Positions 46,057 to 55,139 of a DNA stretch of 64,000 nt are shown here, one piece after another. Source of the DNA: Stellaceae bacterium (GTDB lineage: Bacteria > Pseudomonadota > Alphaproteobacteria > ATCC43930 > CGMCC-115725); the NCBI GenBank assembly GCA_035538335.1, contig DATLKN010000025.1, forward strand, positions 42,611-106,610, written 5' to 3'. Under the pieces are notes generated by a model that made no database searches, was not told where the DNA came from, and saw only the letters and a program-made list of their open reading frames with translations. The position numbers were made by a program, and so were the translations under genes. Position 1 is the stretch's first letter. Each line of letters starts with the position of its first letter.

Positions 46057-47658
46057 ATGGACGGAATGCAGACGATCGTGAAGGGCGTCGCGATCCGCGC
46101 CGCGATGCGGCCGGGCGACGAGGAGGTGCTGACCTCCGAAGCCGTCGCCTTCGCGGCGGAACTCGAGCGCGAGTTCGGCGCCGAGCGGCGACGCCTTCTC
46201 GCCCGCCGCGCCGAGTTGCAAAAGCGGCTCGACGCCGGCTGGAACCCCGATTTTCTGCACGAAACCGCGGAGATCCGCGACGCCGAGTGGCCGGTCGCCC
46301 CGATCCCGCCCGAGCTTCTCGACCGCCGCGTCGAGATCACCGGCCCGACCGACCGCAAAATGGTCATCAATGCGCTGAACTGCGGCGCCAACGTGTTCAT
46401 GGCCGATTTCGAGGACGCGACAACCCCGAGCTGGGCGAATTTGCTCGACGGGCAGAGAAACCTCGCCGCCGCGGTGCGCCGGCAGATCGCCTTCGACGAT
46501 CCGAAGACGGGGCGGCATTACGCGCTGGGGCCAAACCCGGCGGTCCTCTTCGTGCGGCCGCGCGGCTGGCACCTGCCGGAAGCGCACCTCATCGTCGACG
46601 GCGAGCCGATGTCCGGGGCGCTCTTCGATTTCGCGCTGTATTTCCTCCACAACGCCCGGGAGCTCGCGGCGCGCGGCAGCGCCCCCTATTTCTACCTGCC
46701 GAAGCTCGAAAGCCATCTCGAAGCGCGGCTGTGGAACAACGTCTTCCTTTACGCGCAAGCGCGCTTCGGCCTGCCGCGAGGCACGATCCGCGCCACTGTC
46801 CTGATCGAGACGATCATGGCGGCCTTCGAGATGGACGAGATCCTCTTCGAGCTGAAAGAACATTCGGCTGGGCTCAATTGCGGCCGCTGGGATTACATCT
46901 TCTCGTTCATCAAGAAATTCGCCGAACGCCCCGATTGCGTGTTGCCCGACCGCGCGCAGGTGACGATGACGAGCCATTTCCTGCGCAGCTGCAGCCTCTT
47001 GCTGATCAAGACCTGTCACCGCCGCGGCATTCATGCGATGGGCGGCATGGCGGCGCAGATCCCGATCCGCGACGATCCCGCGGCGAACGAGGCGGCGCTC
47101 GCGAAGGTGCGCGCCGACAAGGAGCGCGAGGCCGGCGACGGCCACGACGGCACCTGGGTCGCCCATCCGGGGCTCGTGCCGGTCGCCCGCGAGGCCTTCG
47201 ACCGCGCCATGCCGGGGCCGAACCAGATCGCCCGCAAGCGCGAGGACGTGCGCGTCGCCGCGGCGGATCTGCTTGCGGTGCCGCGGGGCGCGATCACCGA
47301 ACAGGGGTTGCGGCAGAACGTCAATGTCGGGATCGGCTATATCGAGGCATGGCTGCGCGGGATCGGCTGCGTGCCGCTCTACAATCTGATGGAGGACGCC
47401 GCGACCGCCGAGATCAGCCGCGCGCAGCTGTGGCAATGGATCCGCCACGGCGCGCGGCTCGAGGACGGGCGCGGCATCGACCTCGCGCTCGCCCGCGCGA
47501 TCCTCGCCGAGGAATCGGCGCGGTTGCGCCGGACTTCCCGCGGCGGCGACCGTTTCGAAGACGCCGCCGGGCTGTTCGGCAAGCTGATGGCGGCGCCGCA
47601 ATTCCCGCAATTCCTGACGATCGCCGCTTACCAAAGGATCCTCGCCGCCGGCGCATGA
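46057..47658 (+). CDS. aceB: Malate synthase A
   Basis: RRVEITGPTDRKMVINALN...FMADFEDATTPSW...YFYLPKLESHLEARLWN...NCGRWDYIFS. Starts 15 nt after the aceA stop. Confidence 0.95.
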   Translation: MDGMQTIVKGVAIRAAMRPGDEEVLTSEAVAFAAELEREFGAERRRLLARRAELQKRLDAGWNPDFLHETAEIRDAEWPVAPIPPELLDRRVEITGPTDRKMVINALNCGANVFMADFEDATTPSWANLLDGQRNLAAAVRRQIAFDDPKTGRHYALGPNPAVLFVRPRGWHLPEAHLIVDGEPMSGALFDFALYFLHNARELAARGSAPYFYLPKLESHLEARLWNNVFLYAQARFGLPRGTIRATVLIETIMAAFEMDEILFELKEHSAGLNCGRWDYIFSFIKKFAERPDCVLPDRAQVTMTSHFLRSCSLLLIKTCHRRGIHAMGGMAAQIPIRDDPAANEAALAKVRADKEREAGDGHDGTWVAHPGLVPVAREAFDRAMPGPNQIARKREDVRVAAADLLAVPRGAITEQGLRQNVNVGIGYIEAWLRGIGCVPLYNLMEDAATAEISRAQLWQWIRHGARLEDGRGIDLALARAILAEESARLRRTSRGGDRFEDAAGLFGKLMAAPQFPQFLTIAAYQRILAAGA

Positions 47659-47727
47659 GGCCGATCCGCGCTCGGCGGTATCGGCGAAATTCCAGCGGTG
47701 TCCCGGCTTGACGTCGCGAAGGCGCCG

Positions 47728-47885
47728 CGCGTGCTTCGAGGCGCGCCGCCCTTCGAGACGCCGCCTTGCGGCGGCTCGTCAGGACAAGGGCCGCTCCCAG
47801 CATGAGGTTGTTTTTAATTGCATAAACAAGGATCATCATCCTGATGCGCCTCGCGCAGCGAGGCCTCGAAGGACGCAGGGCGGCT
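47728..47885. repeat. MITE-like inverted-repeat element (repeat family C)
   Basis: Left arm ...CCTTCGAGACGCCGCCTTGCGGCGGCTCGTCAGGAC..., AT-rich centre, right arm ...ATCATCCTGATGCGCCTCGCGCAGCGAGGCCTCGAAGGACGC. Confidence 0.7.
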
Positions 47886-48076
47886 CTGCTGCAAAAGCGA
47901 ACGACCAGCGAAATCGCTTGTAAGTGCGGCGTTGGCGGCCCACATGGAACACGTCGACTCTTGGTTCGGCTCGCATTTGGTAGCTCGAACAGAGCGCCGG
48001 ACCGCTTCCGCAGATACCGACGGTTGACCCGACACTCGAATCCGAGTGCCGGCCAATTGACTCTGAAAGGCTTACG

Positions 48077-48283
48077 ATGGCTACGGGAACCGTGAAGTGG
48101 TTCAATACGCAAAAGGGTTATGGGTTCATTCAGCCCGATGACGGATCGAAGGACGTGTTCGTCCACATCTCCGCCGTCGAGCGCTCGGGCATCGGCAATC
48201 TCCGCGAGGGCCAGAAGCTCAGCTACGAGCTGGAGCGCGGCCAGCAGGGCAAGGTCTCTGCGGTGGGGCTGCGCGCGGAATAG
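48077..48283 (+). CDS. cspA: Cold-shock protein CspA family
   Basis: MATGTVKWFNTQKGYGFIQPDDGSKDVFVHISAV (RNP1/RNP2 motifs). Confidence 0.95.
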   Translation: MATGTVKWFNTQKGYGFIQPDDGSKDVFVHISAVERSGIGNLREGQKLSYELERGQQGKVSAVGLRAE

Positions 48284-48294
48284 GTCCGACGGCC

Positions 48295-48323
48295 GGCGGC
48301 GCCGCCCTCCGTGCGGCGCCGCC
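48295..48323 (+). terminator. GC hairpin downstream of cspA (no T-tract)
   Basis: GGCGGCGCCGC-CCTCCGT-GCGGCGCCGCC: a perfect 11-bp stem with a 7-nt loop, followed by AATACTG. Confidence 0.4.
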
Positions 48324-48341
48324 AATACTGCGGAGACAGCG

Positions 48342-48536
48342 ATGACGGCGCACAAATACGCGGCAGGGCAAAATGTGAGATTTTCCCCGCATCGCCTCGA
48401 GGACAGCTCGGCGCGCGGGATGTATACGATCGTGCGGCTGCTGCCCGAAGAGGGCGCGACGCCGCAATACCGCATCAAGGCCAAGATCGACGGGCGCGAG
48501 CGGGTCGTCCGCGAAGACCAGCTCGCGCGTTCCTGA
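48342..48536 (+). CDS. Small conserved-looking hypothetical protein (64 aa)
   Basis: MTAHKYAAGQNVRFSPHRLEDSSARGMYTIVRLLPEEGATPQYRIKAKIDGRERVVREDQL. Good coding-like composition. Internal ATG of the 138-aa track ORF. Confidence 0.55.
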   Translation: MTAHKYAAGQNVRFSPHRLEDSSARGMYTIVRLLPEEGATPQYRIKAKIDGRERVVREDQLARS

Positions 48537-48552
48537 GGGGGGCGGCCCGCCG

Positions 48553-48786
48553 ATGCCGAGCATCAGCCTCAAGATCACGCATCCCCCGGCGGACCGGGAG
48601 GGCCGCGAGCCCCGGCCCGGCGCCGGGCCCTTGTTCCGCGGCAACGGCGATATCGACTATCTGTGCGGCAATTGCGGCTTTGCGATCGTGGCCGGCTTTC
48701 GCGCGAACGAGCGCGTCATCGTCGACAGCACGGCGTGCTCGGCCTGCGGCGCGATAAACGAATTTCCGCCGGAATTGCGCAGCTGA
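48553..48786 (+). CDS. Small putative zinc-ribbon protein (77 aa)
   Basis: Two CxxC pairs: CGNCGF and CSACGA. Confidence 0.5.
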   Translation: MPSISLKITHPPADREGREPRPGAGPLFRGNGDIDYLCGNCGFAIVAGFRANERVIVDSTACSACGAINEFPPELRS

Positions 48787-48811
48787 TCGAATCCGGCCGC
48801 GCCGCTGACGG

Positions 48812-49120
48812 CTACGAGCGGCGATCCGGCTTCTTGAACCACTTGCCTGTTTGGCCTTCCGCCGCCACGCGCTGCTGGCTGCGCGCGATCCATTCTTCGG
48901 CGTCCGCTTCGGTGGCAAAGCTCTTGACGGTTGTCGGGTAGCTGTCGGGGATGCTGACCTCGACCCCGAACGCGCCGCTCGACAGCGCCACGACCCGATA
49001 GCTCGCCTCGGCATGCGGATGCGTTCTCATTACCGGCATATGGGATTGCTCGCCCTTGATTTCGACGGCTTGCGCCGGCATATTGTGCAGTGCAGTGTTC
49101 GTGCTCTTCGACCGAGTCAC
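48812..49120 (-). CDS. Small hypothetical protein (start uncertain; 75-102 aa)
   Basis: ...MPVMRTHPHAEASYRVVALSSGAFGVEVSIPDSYPTTVKSFATEADAEEWIARSQQRV. Coding-like. Several in-frame Met codons. Confidence 0.5.
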   Translation of the reverse strand: MTRSKSTNTALHNMPAQAVEIKGEQSHMPVMRTHPHAEASYRVVALSSGAFGVEVSIPDSYPTTVKSFATEADAEEWIARSQQRVAAEGQTGKWFKKPDRRS

Positions 49121-49259
49121 GTGATCGAGCCTGCGTGAGCGCCCCGCCTGATGGCGGAACTGGCCCGATCTTTATCCCCTGCCTCAACCAGGACAGCCCT
49201 AATCGCGCGGGTCGTCTCCGATCCGAGCGCTGCGCCGCATTGAGCGCAGCGTCGGCGTA

Positions 49260-50504
49260 TTGCCACGAAAGGTCACGCCCGCTTTGCCCGATTTCTCCGC
49301 ATTAGGACTTTCCGCGCCGCTGTTGCGCGCGCTTTCACAGGCCGGCTATTCGAGCCCAACCCCGATCCAGCAGCAGGCAATCCCGCCGGTGCTGCAGGGC
49401 CGCGATTTGTGCGGCATCGCCCAAACCGGGACCGGCAAGACCGCTGCCTTCGCCTTGCCGATGCTGCAGCGGCTGGCGGCCGCGCCCGACCGGCCGGCGG
49501 CGCGAAGCTGCCGCGCCCTTGTGCTCGCCCCGACCCGCGAACTCGCCAGCCAGATCGCCGACAGCTTCCGCACCTACGGCACTTTCCTGCCGCTGTCGAT
49601 CGCGGTGGTGTTCGGCGGCGTCGCGATCGGGCCGCAGCGGCAGCAATTGTCGCGCGGCGTCGAGGTGCTCGTCGCGACGCCGGGGCGCCTGCTCGATCTG
49701 GTCGACAGCGGTTGGCTCAGCCTGTCGCGCGTCCAGGTGCTGGTCCTCGACGAGGCCGACCGCATGCTCGACCTCGGCTTCATCCCTGCGCTGCGGCGCA
49801 TCGTCAAGCTGTTGCCGCGGCAGCGGCAGACCCTGCTGTTCTCGGCGACGATGCCGAAGGCCATCGCCGCCCTCGCCGAAGAATATTTGACCGATCCGGT
49901 CGAGGTCGCCGTCGCGCCCGCGGCGACGACGGTCGAGCGCGTCGAGCAGAGCGTCGTTTTCGTTCCGAGCGAGCGCAAGCGCGGCCTCTTGACGAGCATC
50001 CTGCGCGATCCGGCGTTCCGCCGCGTGCTCGTCTTCACCCGCACCAAGCACGGCGCCGATCGCGTCGTCCGCCATCTCGGCGACAGCGGCATCGCGGCGG
50101 CGGCGATCCACGGCAACAAGTCGCAGCCGCAGCGCGAGCGGGCGCTCGCCGCCTTCCGCGGCGGGCATGCCCGCGTTCTCGTCGCCACCGACATCGCCGC
50201 CCGCGGCATCGATGTCGAGGGCGTCTCGCACGTCGTCAATTTCGAGCTGCCGAACGTCCCCGAGGACTATGTCCACCGGATCGGCCGCACCGCGCGGGCC
50301 GGCGCCAGCGGCATCGCGATCGCGTTTTGCAGCGATGAGGAAAGACCCTATTTGCGGGACATCGAAAAACTGACGCGGCGCCCGGTGCGCGTGCTGCCGG
50401 TGGCATCGGCGGCGGGGGCCGCGCCGCTGCCGAAGCCGGCCGCTGCCGCGCTGTCCCGCCGGCAGGCGCCGCCGCCGTTTCTCGGCCGCCGCGGCCGGGT
50501 CTAA
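49260..50504 (+). CDS. DEAD-box ATP-dependent RNA helicase (RhlE-like)
   Basis: Q-motif region [48 protein letters not shown]. Non-ATG (TTG) start in the track. Confidence 0.9.
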   Translation: MPRKVTPALPDFSALGLSAPLLRALSQAGYSSPTPIQQQAIPPVLQGRDLCGIAQTGTGKTAAFALPMLQRLAAAPDRPAARSCRALVLAPTRELASQIADSFRTYGTFLPLSIAVVFGGVAIGPQRQQLSRGVEVLVATPGRLLDLVDSGWLSLSRVQVLVLDEADRMLDLGFIPALRRIVKLLPRQRQTLLFSATMPKAIAALAEEYLTDPVEVAVAPAATTVERVEQSVVFVPSERKRGLLTSILRDPAFRRVLVFTRTKHGADRVVRHLGDSGIAAAAIHGNKSQPQRERALAAFRGGHARVLVATDIAARGIDVEGVSHVVNFELPNVPEDYVHRIGRTARAGASGIAIAFCSDEERPYLRDIEKLTRRPVRVLPVASAAGAAPLPKPAAAALSRRQAPPPFLGRRGRV

Positions 50505-50528
50505 CTCTCGGGCAAGCGAGGATCGAGG

Positions 50529-50759
50529 ATGGCCAGACGCCAGAAAATGCCGCGAACCAACGAGTACGTGCTCTTCGACGTCCTCTACGAGGAGGGCACG
50601 CGCAGCTCGAACCGCAAGGTGCCGATCTCCGAACTGGGCGGCCTCGACGGGGACGTGCCCGCGAAATCCTACATCGAGGCGCAGGATCGCAAGATCGCCG
50701 AAGTTTCCGGAAAGCCGCGCGGCCCGATCAAATCGATGTCGCGCTCGGCGATCCGCTAA
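50529..50759 (+). CDS. Small hypothetical protein (76 aa)
   Basis: [38 protein letters not shown]... Coding-like. Sits directly upstream of rpsU. Confidence 0.5.
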   Translation: MARRQKMPRTNEYVLFDVLYEEGTRSSNRKVPISELGGLDGDVPAKSYIEAQDRKIAEVSGKPRGPIKSMSRSAIR

Positions 50760-50784
50760 GGGCAGCAGCCAGGAAGGGCGTTCA

Positions 50785-50988
50785 GTGGAAGTCTATGTGC
50801 GCGACAACGACGTCAACGCCGCGATGCGCGTCTTGAAGAAGAAAATGCAGCGGGACGGCACGTTCCGCGAGATGAAGCTGCGGCGGTTCTACGAGAAGCC
50901 CTCCGAACGCCGGGCGCGCGAAAAGGCGCAAGGCGTGCGCCGGTACCGCAAGGCGATGCGCAAGCGGTTCGAACGCGAGGGTTATTGA
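50785..50988 (+). CDS. rpsU: 30S ribosomal protein bS21
   Basis: [48 protein letters not shown]. Confidence 0.95.
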   Translation: MEVYVRDNDVNAAMRVLKKKMQRDGTFREMKLRRFYEKPSERRAREKAQGVRRYRKAMRKRFEREGY

Positions 50989-51026
50989 CCGCGCTGGAAT
51001 TGGCCCGCAGGAAAGGATGATCGACG

Positions 51027-51188
51027 ATGCCCCGCAGACCGAACTACCGCTTCGAGCGCGCCGAGCGCAACCGCGCGAAAGAGGCCAAAAAGGAAGAAAA
51101 ACTGCGGCGGCAACAGGAACGCGTCGCCGCCCGCACCGGCGACAAGCCGGAGGGATCGAGCGAGGATTCCGAGGCCGACAAGGGCTGA
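51027..51188 (+). CDS. Unlisted 53-aa highly charged small ORF
   Basis: My own translation: MPRRPNYRFERAERNRAKEAKKEEKLRRQQERVAARTGDKPEGSSEDSEADKG*. GGAAAGGA lies 8-15 nt upstream. Below the size cut-off of the ORF track. Confidence 0.45.
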   Translation: MPRRPNYRFERAERNRAKEAKKEEKLRRQQERVAARTGDKPEGSSEDSEADKG

Positions 51189-51296
51189 ACTTCGCCGCCT
51201 CTCTCCCGCGCGCGGCGTGGTACAGATGGTCGCAGGCGGCCCGCGCGGCGGGCGAGCGCCTTGCAAAAACGGCAGGCGCAAGGGAGAGTTGCGCGC

Positions 51297-51935
51297 ATGA
51301 GCACGATCGAACATCCTGCCGGACACGACGAGACCCGGCGCGACTTTCTGCTGCTTGTCACCGGCGCGCTCGGCGTCGTCGGCGCGGGGGCGGCGATCTG
51401 GCCGTTCATCGCGTCGATGAACCCCTCGGCCGACGTGATCGCCGCCGGGGCGCCGGTCGATATCGACCTCTCGCCGGTCAAGCCCGGGCAGCAGCTTCTG
51501 ATCACCTGGCGCAGCCGGCCGATCTTTATCGTGCGGCGCACCCCGGCCCAGTTGAAGATGCTGCAAGAGGCCAACGACACGAGCCTGTTGCGCGACCCGA
51601 ATTCCGCAGCCGAGCAGCAGCCGCCCTATGCCAAGAACTGGCATCGCTCGATCAAGCCCGAATATTCCGTGCTGGTCGGCATCTGCACGCATCTGGGGTG
51701 CATCCCGATATTCCGCCCGCAGGTCGGGGGCGACCTCGGCGCGAATTGGCCGGGCGGCTATTTCTGCCCGTGCCACGGCTCGAAATACGACCTCGCGGGG
51801 CGCGTCTTCAGCGGCGTCCCGGCGCCCTACAACCTTCCGGTGCCCCCCTACACCTTCACCGGCCCGACCGCGGTCCGCATCGGCGAGAACCCGAAGGGCT
51901 CCAACTGGGAATTCGCCTCGGTAGAGCAGATCTGA
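51297..51935 (+). CDS. petA: Rieske iron-sulfur subunit of cytochrome bc1 (stand-alone copy)
   Basis: Tat-type RRDFLL. Rieske boxes CTHLGCIP and [10 protein letters not shown]-terminus like PetA/FbcF. No petB/petC follows. Confidence 0.9.
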   Translation: MSTIEHPAGHDETRRDFLLLVTGALGVVGAGAAIWPFIASMNPSADVIAAGAPVDIDLSPVKPGQQLLITWRSRPIFIVRRTPAQLKMLQEANDTSLLRDPNSAAEQQPPYAKNWHRSIKPEYSVLVGICTHLGCIPIFRPQVGGDLGANWPGGYFCPCHGSKYDLAGRVFSGVPAPYNLPVPPYTFTGPTAVRIGENPKGSNWEFASVEQI

Positions 51936-52017
51936 GGCGGCGTGCGGCCGGCCGCTTGCGCGCCCCGTTTCGGGCGCTATAATCGATAAGAACAAAACAT
52001 GAATCAAAGGGCCCGGC

Positions 52018-52350
52018 ATGCGCGCGAGCCAAAGACTGCTTTCCGACGCCGAGCGGCGCTTTCCGGTGCGCGTGCGGGTCGCCGTGCCGCCCGGCGGCCT
52101 CGGCCGGCAATTGCAGCTGATGCACGACTGGCTCGACGAAACCTGCGGCGCCGATCGCTGGACGCTGCTGCCCTCCGGCCGCGGCGCCGTCAACGATGCG
52201 ATCGCCTTCTACTTCGAGGACGCCGCCTTCGCCGACGCCTTCGTCGCGCGCTTCTGCTGCGGCCGCCGCGTCGAGCAGGTCGAGGGCGCCTTCGTCCCGC
52301 GCACCGATATGCCGGTGCGGCGGGTCGCCGCACCGCACAAGACGCCGTAG
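52018..52350 (+). CDS. Conserved-looking hypothetical protein (110 aa)
   Basis: AERRFPVRVRVAVPPGGLGRQLQLMHDWLDETCGADRWTLLPSG...AIAFYFEDAAFADAFVARFC. I recall this pattern from other Rhizobiales hypotheticals. Confidence 0.55.
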   Translation: MRASQRLLSDAERRFPVRVRVAVPPGGLGRQLQLMHDWLDETCGADRWTLLPSGRGAVNDAIAFYFEDAAFADAFVARFCCGRRVEQVEGAFVPRTDMPVRRVAAPHKTP

Positions 52351-52476
52351 CCGCCCTCCGCCGGCCGCGAGGCTCGTGACGAACGCCGCAAAAGCCGCTA
52401 TGATCGCGGCGCTGCGGTACGTCGCGCCGACTTCCCTCGCGATCCCGCCGCCGGCCTTGCCGAATGTTCAACCGCG

Positions 52477-52764
52477 ATGCGTCTACCCCTGGGTGAGATC
52501 ATGATCGGCCCTCCGGGATTGCCGAAATACGGACGCCGGGTCTTTTCCTTTAAGACGCCGGCGCCGGCCCGCTCGAACCGGCGACAGGCCTGGAAATGGG
52601 TCGCCGGGCTCTACATGGCCGGAGTGCTGGCTCATTTCAGCCACTCTCTCGCATTCGATCTGCCGAAGGGGAGCAATTCGACGCTGACGGATGCGCTGGC
52701 GACGGCGCCGATCAGCCTCGTCTGGCCGGCTGATTTGATCGGCACGCTGATCCAACTCAGCTAG
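52477..52764 (+). CDS. Hypothetical small membrane protein
   Basis: Open frame with one hydrophobic segment (WVAGLYMAGVLAHF). No motif. Confidence 0.3.
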   Translation: MRLPLGEIMIGPPGLPKYGRRVFSFKTPAPARSNRRQAWKWVAGLYMAGVLAHFSHSLAFDLPKGSNSTLTDALATAPISLVWPADLIGTLIQLS

Positions 52765-52786
52765 AATGTTTTCCAATCGAATGAGA

Positions 52787-52868
52787 TCGTTGTTCCCGCG
52801 AAGGCGGGAACTCAGGGCGAGTGGCGCGCCGGCTGCCCTGGACCCCCGCTTGCGCGGGGACGACGAGG
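52787..52868. repeat. Repeat family B copy (variant shared with 14291-14375, opposite orientation)
   Basis: GTTCCCGCGAAGGCGGGAAC...CCCTGGACCCCCGCTTGCGCGGGGACGACGAG. Confidence 0.75.
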
Positions 52869-52892
52869 GTATCGGTTAGTACCAATAACGCT

Positions 52893-53336
52893 CTAGCTTT
52901 TCCGCCGCCGCGTGAAGCGGTACCAGCCGGCGATCGCGACGAGCGCGGCGAGCAGCCCGATCACGAGGCCGGGCGGCACTCTTTTCGCAGGTTCCGATCC
53001 GCCGCCGACGCGGATCATGACGCGGGCCACCTCGCCCTTGCCGCGCGCCTCGGCGGTCCAGAACCCGTCGCGCGGCGCGTCGAAAACGAATTTCCCCTGC
53101 GCGTCGGCATGACCGGTCTCGACCGGCGTCTTCAAATCGCCCGGCGCGAAGACGCGCACCTCGGCATGCGCCATCGGCTTGCCTTCGGCGGTGGCGAATT
53201 GCGCTGTGACCTGGTGCCGGGCGAAGAGATCGAAAGCGAAAGCGGGCGGTAAGGGCAACGCGGCGGCGAACAGCGCGAACGCGAAGCCGAGCGCGCTGCG
53301 GCGCCGCGATTCTGCCGGTCGCGGAAAAAGCGTCAT
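52893..53336 (-). CDS. Secreted CarboxypepD_reg/Ig-like domain protein with a C-terminal membrane anchor
   Basis: Signal peptide ...ALGFAFALFAAALPLPPAFA. EVRVFAPGD...TGHADAQGKFVFDAP. C-terminal TM GLVIGLLAALVAIAGWY followed by RRRK. Confidence 0.5.
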   Translation of the reverse strand: MTLFPRPAESRRRSALGFAFALFAAALPLPPAFAFDLFARHQVTAQFATAEGKPMAHAEVRVFAPGDLKTPVETGHADAQGKFVFDAPRDGFWTAEARGKGEVARVMIRVGGGSEPAKRVPPGLVIGLLAALVAIAGWYRFTRRRKS

Positions 53337-53436
53337 CGCCGCAAAATATAGCGAGCCCCGCGGCGCCTGTCTGCGGCGCCTGCCGCTTGCCTCTCCGCCC
53401 GGCCGCGTGGCAAGAAGCAAGGTCGGGGATGGGGCG

Positions 53437-54054
53437 ATGCCGGATTTCGTCATCGAACAGAGCTGCCGGGGCATGGTGTGCGGCATCGACGAAGCCGGCC
53501 GCGGCCCGCTCGCGGGCCCGGTCGTCGCCGCCGCGGTGATCCTCGACCGCGCCCGGTTTCCGGTGGAATTGAGCGAGCGGCTCGACGATTCGAAAGCGCT
53601 GACGGCTGCCGTGCGCGAGACCTGCTACGAGGCGCTGTTGCGCTGCGCGCACATCGGCATCGGCGCGGCGAGCGCGCGGGAGATCGACCGGGTCAACATC
53701 CTGCAGGCAACCCTCGCCGCGATGCGGCGCGCCGGCGCCGCGCTCGGCGTCACGCCCGACATCGCGCTCGTCGACGGCAACGTTGCGCCCCTCCTGCCCT
53801 GCTCGGTGAGGACCGTAATCGGCGGCGACGCGCTCTCCTTCTCGATCGCCGCCGCCTCGGTCGTCGCCAAGGTCACCCGCGACCGCATCATGCGGGCGCT
53901 CGCGCGGCGCTATCCGGGCTACGGCTGGGAGAGCAATGTCGGCTACGCGACCGAGGAGCACGGCGCGGCGCTTCGCCGGTTGGGCCCGAGCCCGCACCAC
54001 CGCCGCTCCTTCGCGCCGCTGCGCCTGGCGGCGCCGCTGCCGCTGTTCGATTAG
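53437..54054 (+). CDS. rnhB: Ribonuclease HII
   Basis: VCGIDEAGRGPLAGPVVAAAV (DEAGRG), DDSKALT, and GWESNVGYATEEH in place of the usual GY.S motif. Confidence 0.9.
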   Translation: MPDFVIEQSCRGMVCGIDEAGRGPLAGPVVAAAVILDRARFPVELSERLDDSKALTAAVRETCYEALLRCAHIGIGAASAREIDRVNILQATLAAMRRAGAALGVTPDIALVDGNVAPLLPCSVRTVIGGDALSFSIAAASVVAKVTRDRIMRALARRYPGYGWESNVGYATEEHGAALRRLGPSPHHRRSFAPLRLAAPLPLFD

Positions 54055-55139
54055 CCCGGCTTTCGCGGCGCCGCCGAGAGGGCGTGCCGCACGAGCTTTT
54101 TCATCAGGGTCGGCAGCGCGTGCTCGCCGAGGCGATCGGGCGCGCTCCAAATTCCGGCAACCGGCTGCGACGCCTCGCCGGTGAGGATGCTGAGCTCGAG
54201 CCGGAAATGCGTGAAGCCGTGCCGCACGCTGCCCGGCAGCGGCGACCAGCGGGCGCCGCGCGGCGCCGCGGCGAGGGCCTCCTCGATCGTCCAGGGCGCA
54301 TCGCGCCACGGCGTCGAAGGGATCTCGATCATGCCGCCCAAGAGGCCCGCTTCCGGCCGGCGGCGCAACAGCACGCAGCCGTCGGGACGGACCAGCCAAA
54401 AGGCGACGCCCCAGCGCTGCGGCCGCTCGGGCTTCGGCGCCGGCATCGGGATCGCCGCCGTCGTCCCCGCCGCCGCAGCGGCGCAGCGCTGCCGCCACGG
54501 GCACAGCGCGCAGGCCGGCCGGCGCGGCAGGCAGACCGTTGCGCCGAGATCCATCAGCGCCTGCGCGAAATCGCCGGCGCGCGCGGCCGGCACGAGGCTG
54601 CGGGCGAGCGCCTGCAGACGCGGCTTCGCCTGCGGCAGCGGCTGCGCGAGCGCGAAGAGGCGGGCGACGACGCGCTCGGCATTGCCGTCGACCGCGGCCT
54701 CGGGCCGGTCGAAGGCGATCGCCGCGATCGCCGCCGCGGTGTAGCCGCCGATGCCGGGGAGCGCCCGCAGCGCCGCGGCGTTGTCAGGAAAGACGCCGCC
54801 GTGACGCGCGACGATGGCGCGGGCGCAGGCGTGCAGGTTGCGTGCCCGCGCGTAGTAGCCGAGCCCCTGCCAGAGCTGCAGCACCTCGTCGAGCGAGGCA
54901 GCGGCGAGTGCGAAAACATCGGGAAACCGCGTCACGAATCGGTCAAAATAGGGTGCAACGGTGGCGACCGTCGTCTGCTGCAGCATGATTTCGCTGAGCC
55001 AGACGCGGTACGGGTCGGCGGCGCGGCCGGGCGGCGAGCGCCACGGCAGGTCGCGGCGATGGCGGTCGTACCAGCGCAGCAGCGCCGCGGCATCGGGGGA
55101 GCGGGGCGGAAGCGAGGATCGGGAGCGGACGGAAGGCAT
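54051..55139 (-). CDS. mutY: A/G-specific adenine DNA glycosylase
   Basis: LLRWYDRHRRDLPWR, YRVWLSEIMLQQT, LGYYARARNL, HhH LPGIGGYTAAAI, 4Fe-4S Cys cluster (C..RRPACALCPW..C), and a NUDIX-like C-terminus. Confidence 0.9.
   Translation of the reverse strand: MPSVRSRSSLPPRSPDAAALLRWYDRHRRDLPWRSPPGRAADPYRVWLSEIMLQQTTVATVAPYFDRFVTRFPDVFALAAASLDEVLQLWQGLGYYARARNLHACARAIVARHGGVFPDNAAALRALPGIGGYTAAAIAAIAFDRPEAAVDGNAERVVARLFALAQPLPQAKPRLQALARSLVPAARAGDFAQALMDLGATVCLPRRPACALCPWRQRCAAAAAGTTAAIPMPAPKPERPQRWGVAFWLVRPDGCVLLRRRPEAGLLGGMIEIPSTPWRDAPWTIEEALAAAPRGARWSPLPGSVRHGFTHFRLELSILTGEASQPVAGIWSAPDRLGEHALPTLMKKLVRHALSAAPRKPG

Noticed and set aside
47886-48076. Structured cold-shock 5' UTR or promoter for cspA.
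   Set aside because: This is plausible from known csp biology. But I could not identify a convincing -35/-10 pair or a cold-box-like element by eye, and the upstream half is occupied by the family C repeat.
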